From Balanoglossus misakiensis (Eukaryota; Animalia; Hemichordata): 64,000 nucleotides of DNA. Below are positions 61,494 through 64,000 of this stretch, piece by piece. Location of the stretch: NCBI GenBank assembly GCA_040954595.2, contig CM082596.2, forward strand, positions 3,837,025 to 3,901,024. The letters run 5' to 3'. Within the stretch, counting starts at the first letter, position 1. Each line of letters opens with the position of its first letter. Below the pieces are notes generated by a model. It ran no database searches. It worked only from the letters and a program-made list of their open reading frames with translations, and was not told the origin of the DNA. A program made the translations under genes and the position numbers.

Positions 61494-64000
61494 ATGTCTG
61501 GAGACAAGAAACCATTCGAACATTTACCCAGGAATGTGGCGCCCAAGAACTATGCGTTGTCCCTGAAGCCCAACTTGGAAGCGTTTACCTTCGCGGGCAC
61601 CGAAACCATATCGGTCGAGGTACGACGTCGAGCACTTCGACATCCAATTACAATTACAATGTCAATCTTTGTAGTCTGGAACTACAATCCACATAGATAT
61701 AAGTCTGTGCTGGAACCGAACGAGTTGATATTGGAATGAATTTACTTTGGGAATCGGTTCGGAAGGTTCGGCTAATGCACTGAAATTATCGCAGCCAAGT
61801 GCACAATCACCATTGAATGTAGAGCGGGACTCGTTACTTAGCAACAGAGGCGTCTGCTGTAAGGTCATTGAAAGGTCAATGGCTCAAATACCTTACAACA
61901 GACGTTCCTGTGTTTCCAGAGACCCTGAGCCACGATTAATAGCCTTTTTCATTTTTATATTTCGTATTTTACCTCATTTGGGACTTGCCCATTGTCATGT
62001 GCTTCCTATTGGATGTGCTCAAACAGGTTGTTCATTGAATCACAGTCAATGTGATTGTATTTGATACTTTTAGTAAGTGTGTTGGGTTTTCTTCACAGGT
62101 GAAAAGTGCCACCAACAAGATCATTTTGAACTGTCTTGATATAGAGATTTCAAGTGCACTTTTCAAAACCGGAGATAAAAGTAAGCTAATTTTATTCACT
62201 TTCACAATTTGCCTACAAATAAGATTCTATAGACATCTATAGAATTCTATAGCCTATAGAATTTATATTGAAATTCATAGAATGTTTAAAACAATTAAAG
62301 ATGATTGCATTGCATGCAGCTAGCAACTTCTAAGCCAGGTGATCATGGTTTCAGTGTCGTAAAACTAGTATCTGTGTTATGTTAAACAGTGGTTAGACTT
62401 GCATAGGTGACCTGAATACCTTTATAGCAAAGTGCCATAGAGTGAATGATTGTGGGTTATGAAAGAACAGGAAAGGTAATTTTGGTTATTTGTTGTTGTT
62501 TATCTATGACAGGCGAGACTGCAACCGTGGGTTACAGTAAAGAGGATGAGACGGCCATCTTGACCTTTGCAAGTGAATTGCAACCTGGGACTGGTGAGCT
62601 GAGCCTTGAATTCACCGGGGAACTGAACGATAAGATGAAAGGTTTCTACCGCAGCAAGTACATCACGCCAAGCGGAGAAGAGAGATACTGTGCTGTCACG
62701 CAGTTTGAAGTGAGTTGCCAGATGTTCTGTTATGCTGATGTGTGTGTGTGTACTCCTAATCTAGTACATGTAATTGTTAGGTTTGCAATAGTGTGCCCAT
62801 TATAGTAGATAGTACTGTACAGGATTGGAAATTCAAGTATAACAGGTTTTGTTCACCACAGTGGGAAATGGGGGTGAAGGGGTTAATGTTGTCATAGATG
62901 CCACCTGTTGAACAGTAGTATGCAAATTTGTTTTGTTGTTGTTGATGGGCCATATTTGTGATATATATTTTTGTATTCCAGCCTACTGATGCTAGACGTG
63001 CCTTTCCGTGCTGGGATGAACCTGCCATCAAGGCCACTTTTGACATCACATTGATTGCGCCAAAGGATAGAGTTGCTCTCTCCAACATGGTAAGTTACCC
63101 AGACCACATGCAGTTATGTAAGTGGCAAACACTGAGGTGAATACACATCTGATGATCTAACATTTGGTTGCTGAGTTCTTCCTGAACCAAGTTCAAACAA
63201 AAAATGACATAGAGATAATGTATCAAGGAATTCTCATGGACATGCCTTCCGCCAATGTTTTCCAAATCTATCAATTCCAATGGGGACTTTGTCATTGACA
63301 ATGACTTCACTATTGCTTCACTATTCAGCATGTAATTGAAGAAAAGGACCACGAGAAAGACAACAACTTCAAGGAAGTGAAGTACGACACTACACCCATC
63401 ATGTCAACTTATCTGATCGCTTTCGTTGTTGGAGAGTTTGATTACGTGGAAGCTACATCATCCGATGGTGTCTTGATCAGAGTTTACACTCCGTTAGAAA
63501 AGAAAGAGCAAGGAGAATTTGCCTTGGAAGTAAGTAAAACAAAGTCTCTCTAGCCAGACCTTAGATCTGTGCTTGGAATAGGATGAGGGCTAAGCCCAAA
63601 GTGAAATAATCCTGCATTAGGAAAACATTTTTAAAATACCAATAAAAATCAGCTTAACTTCATTGCTTGATGGTCACCTCACAGGTTGCCACCAAGACAC
63701 TTCCATTTTACAAGGACTATTTCAACGTTGCATATCCACTGAAAAAGCTAGATCTCATCGCAATCCCAGTGTTTATGGGTGCCATGGAAAACTGGGGACT
63801 CATAACCTACAGGTATAGTTTATTGTTTTCTATCTAAATATTCAGACTGTATGATGCAAATAAACAAAAATAGACTTCAGAGCGTGGAACTGTGCAAACA
63901 AGAATTTCTTCTTGCACATGTTATTCTTGATTATTAATTCACTGTTACGTGATTTTGTAATTTCAGAGAGACTTTACTTTTGGTGGACCCTCAAAATTCC
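61494..64000 (+). CDS. NPEPPS: Puromycin-sensitive aminopeptidase (M1 family), 5' partial
   Basis: [105 protein letters not shown]. The gene runs off the window before HExxH. Confidence 0.95.
62840..62886. mobile_element. Right end of a TTAA-MITE-like element in an NPEPPS intron
   Basis: GGGGGTGAAGGGGTTAA matches the TIR end seen at 29740 and 50934. Confidence 0.45.

Noticed and set aside
62225-62285. CTATAG-rich palindromic patch (CTATAGAATTCTATAG)
   Set aside because: A short, low-complexity intronic sequence with no evidence of function.

Overview
Eukaryotic (metazoan) genomic DNA, AT-rich and gene-dense, with short GT-AG introns. It most likely comes from a marine invertebrate; a hemichordate-like deuterostome is my guess, but the sequence cannot establish this. 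Thirteen spliced protein-coding genes can be assembled by hand: a C7orf57 homolog (-), METTL21A (+), a WHAMM/JMY-family actin nucleation-promoting factor (-), a 14.5-kb VPS9-domain gene with an unrecognised Cys/His-rich N-terminus (-), PA2G4/EBP1 (+), two tandem carboxypeptidase M-like genes (+), an SPFH/band-7 protein with a Cys-rich insert (+), USP37 (+), a secreted single-MRH-domain lectin (+), a 4x TM2-domain protein with a PY-rich tail (+), a secreted syncollin-like beta/gamma-crystallin (-), and the 5' part of NPEPPS (+). Also present are short TTAA-flanked MITEs, LINE remnants, a probable decayed GPCR in an intron, a 43-bp tandem array of perfect palindromes, and microsatellites. No prokaryotic systems, CRISPR arrays, rRNA or tRNA genes were found. 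The most notable points are the unusual VPS9 gene architecture, the tandem-TM2 protein, the Trp-less WHAMM acidic tail, a PepN-like MGAMEN variant in NPEPPS, and a gene set whose human orthologs map to the Hox paralogon. Exon coordinates were read by eye and may be off by a few bases.
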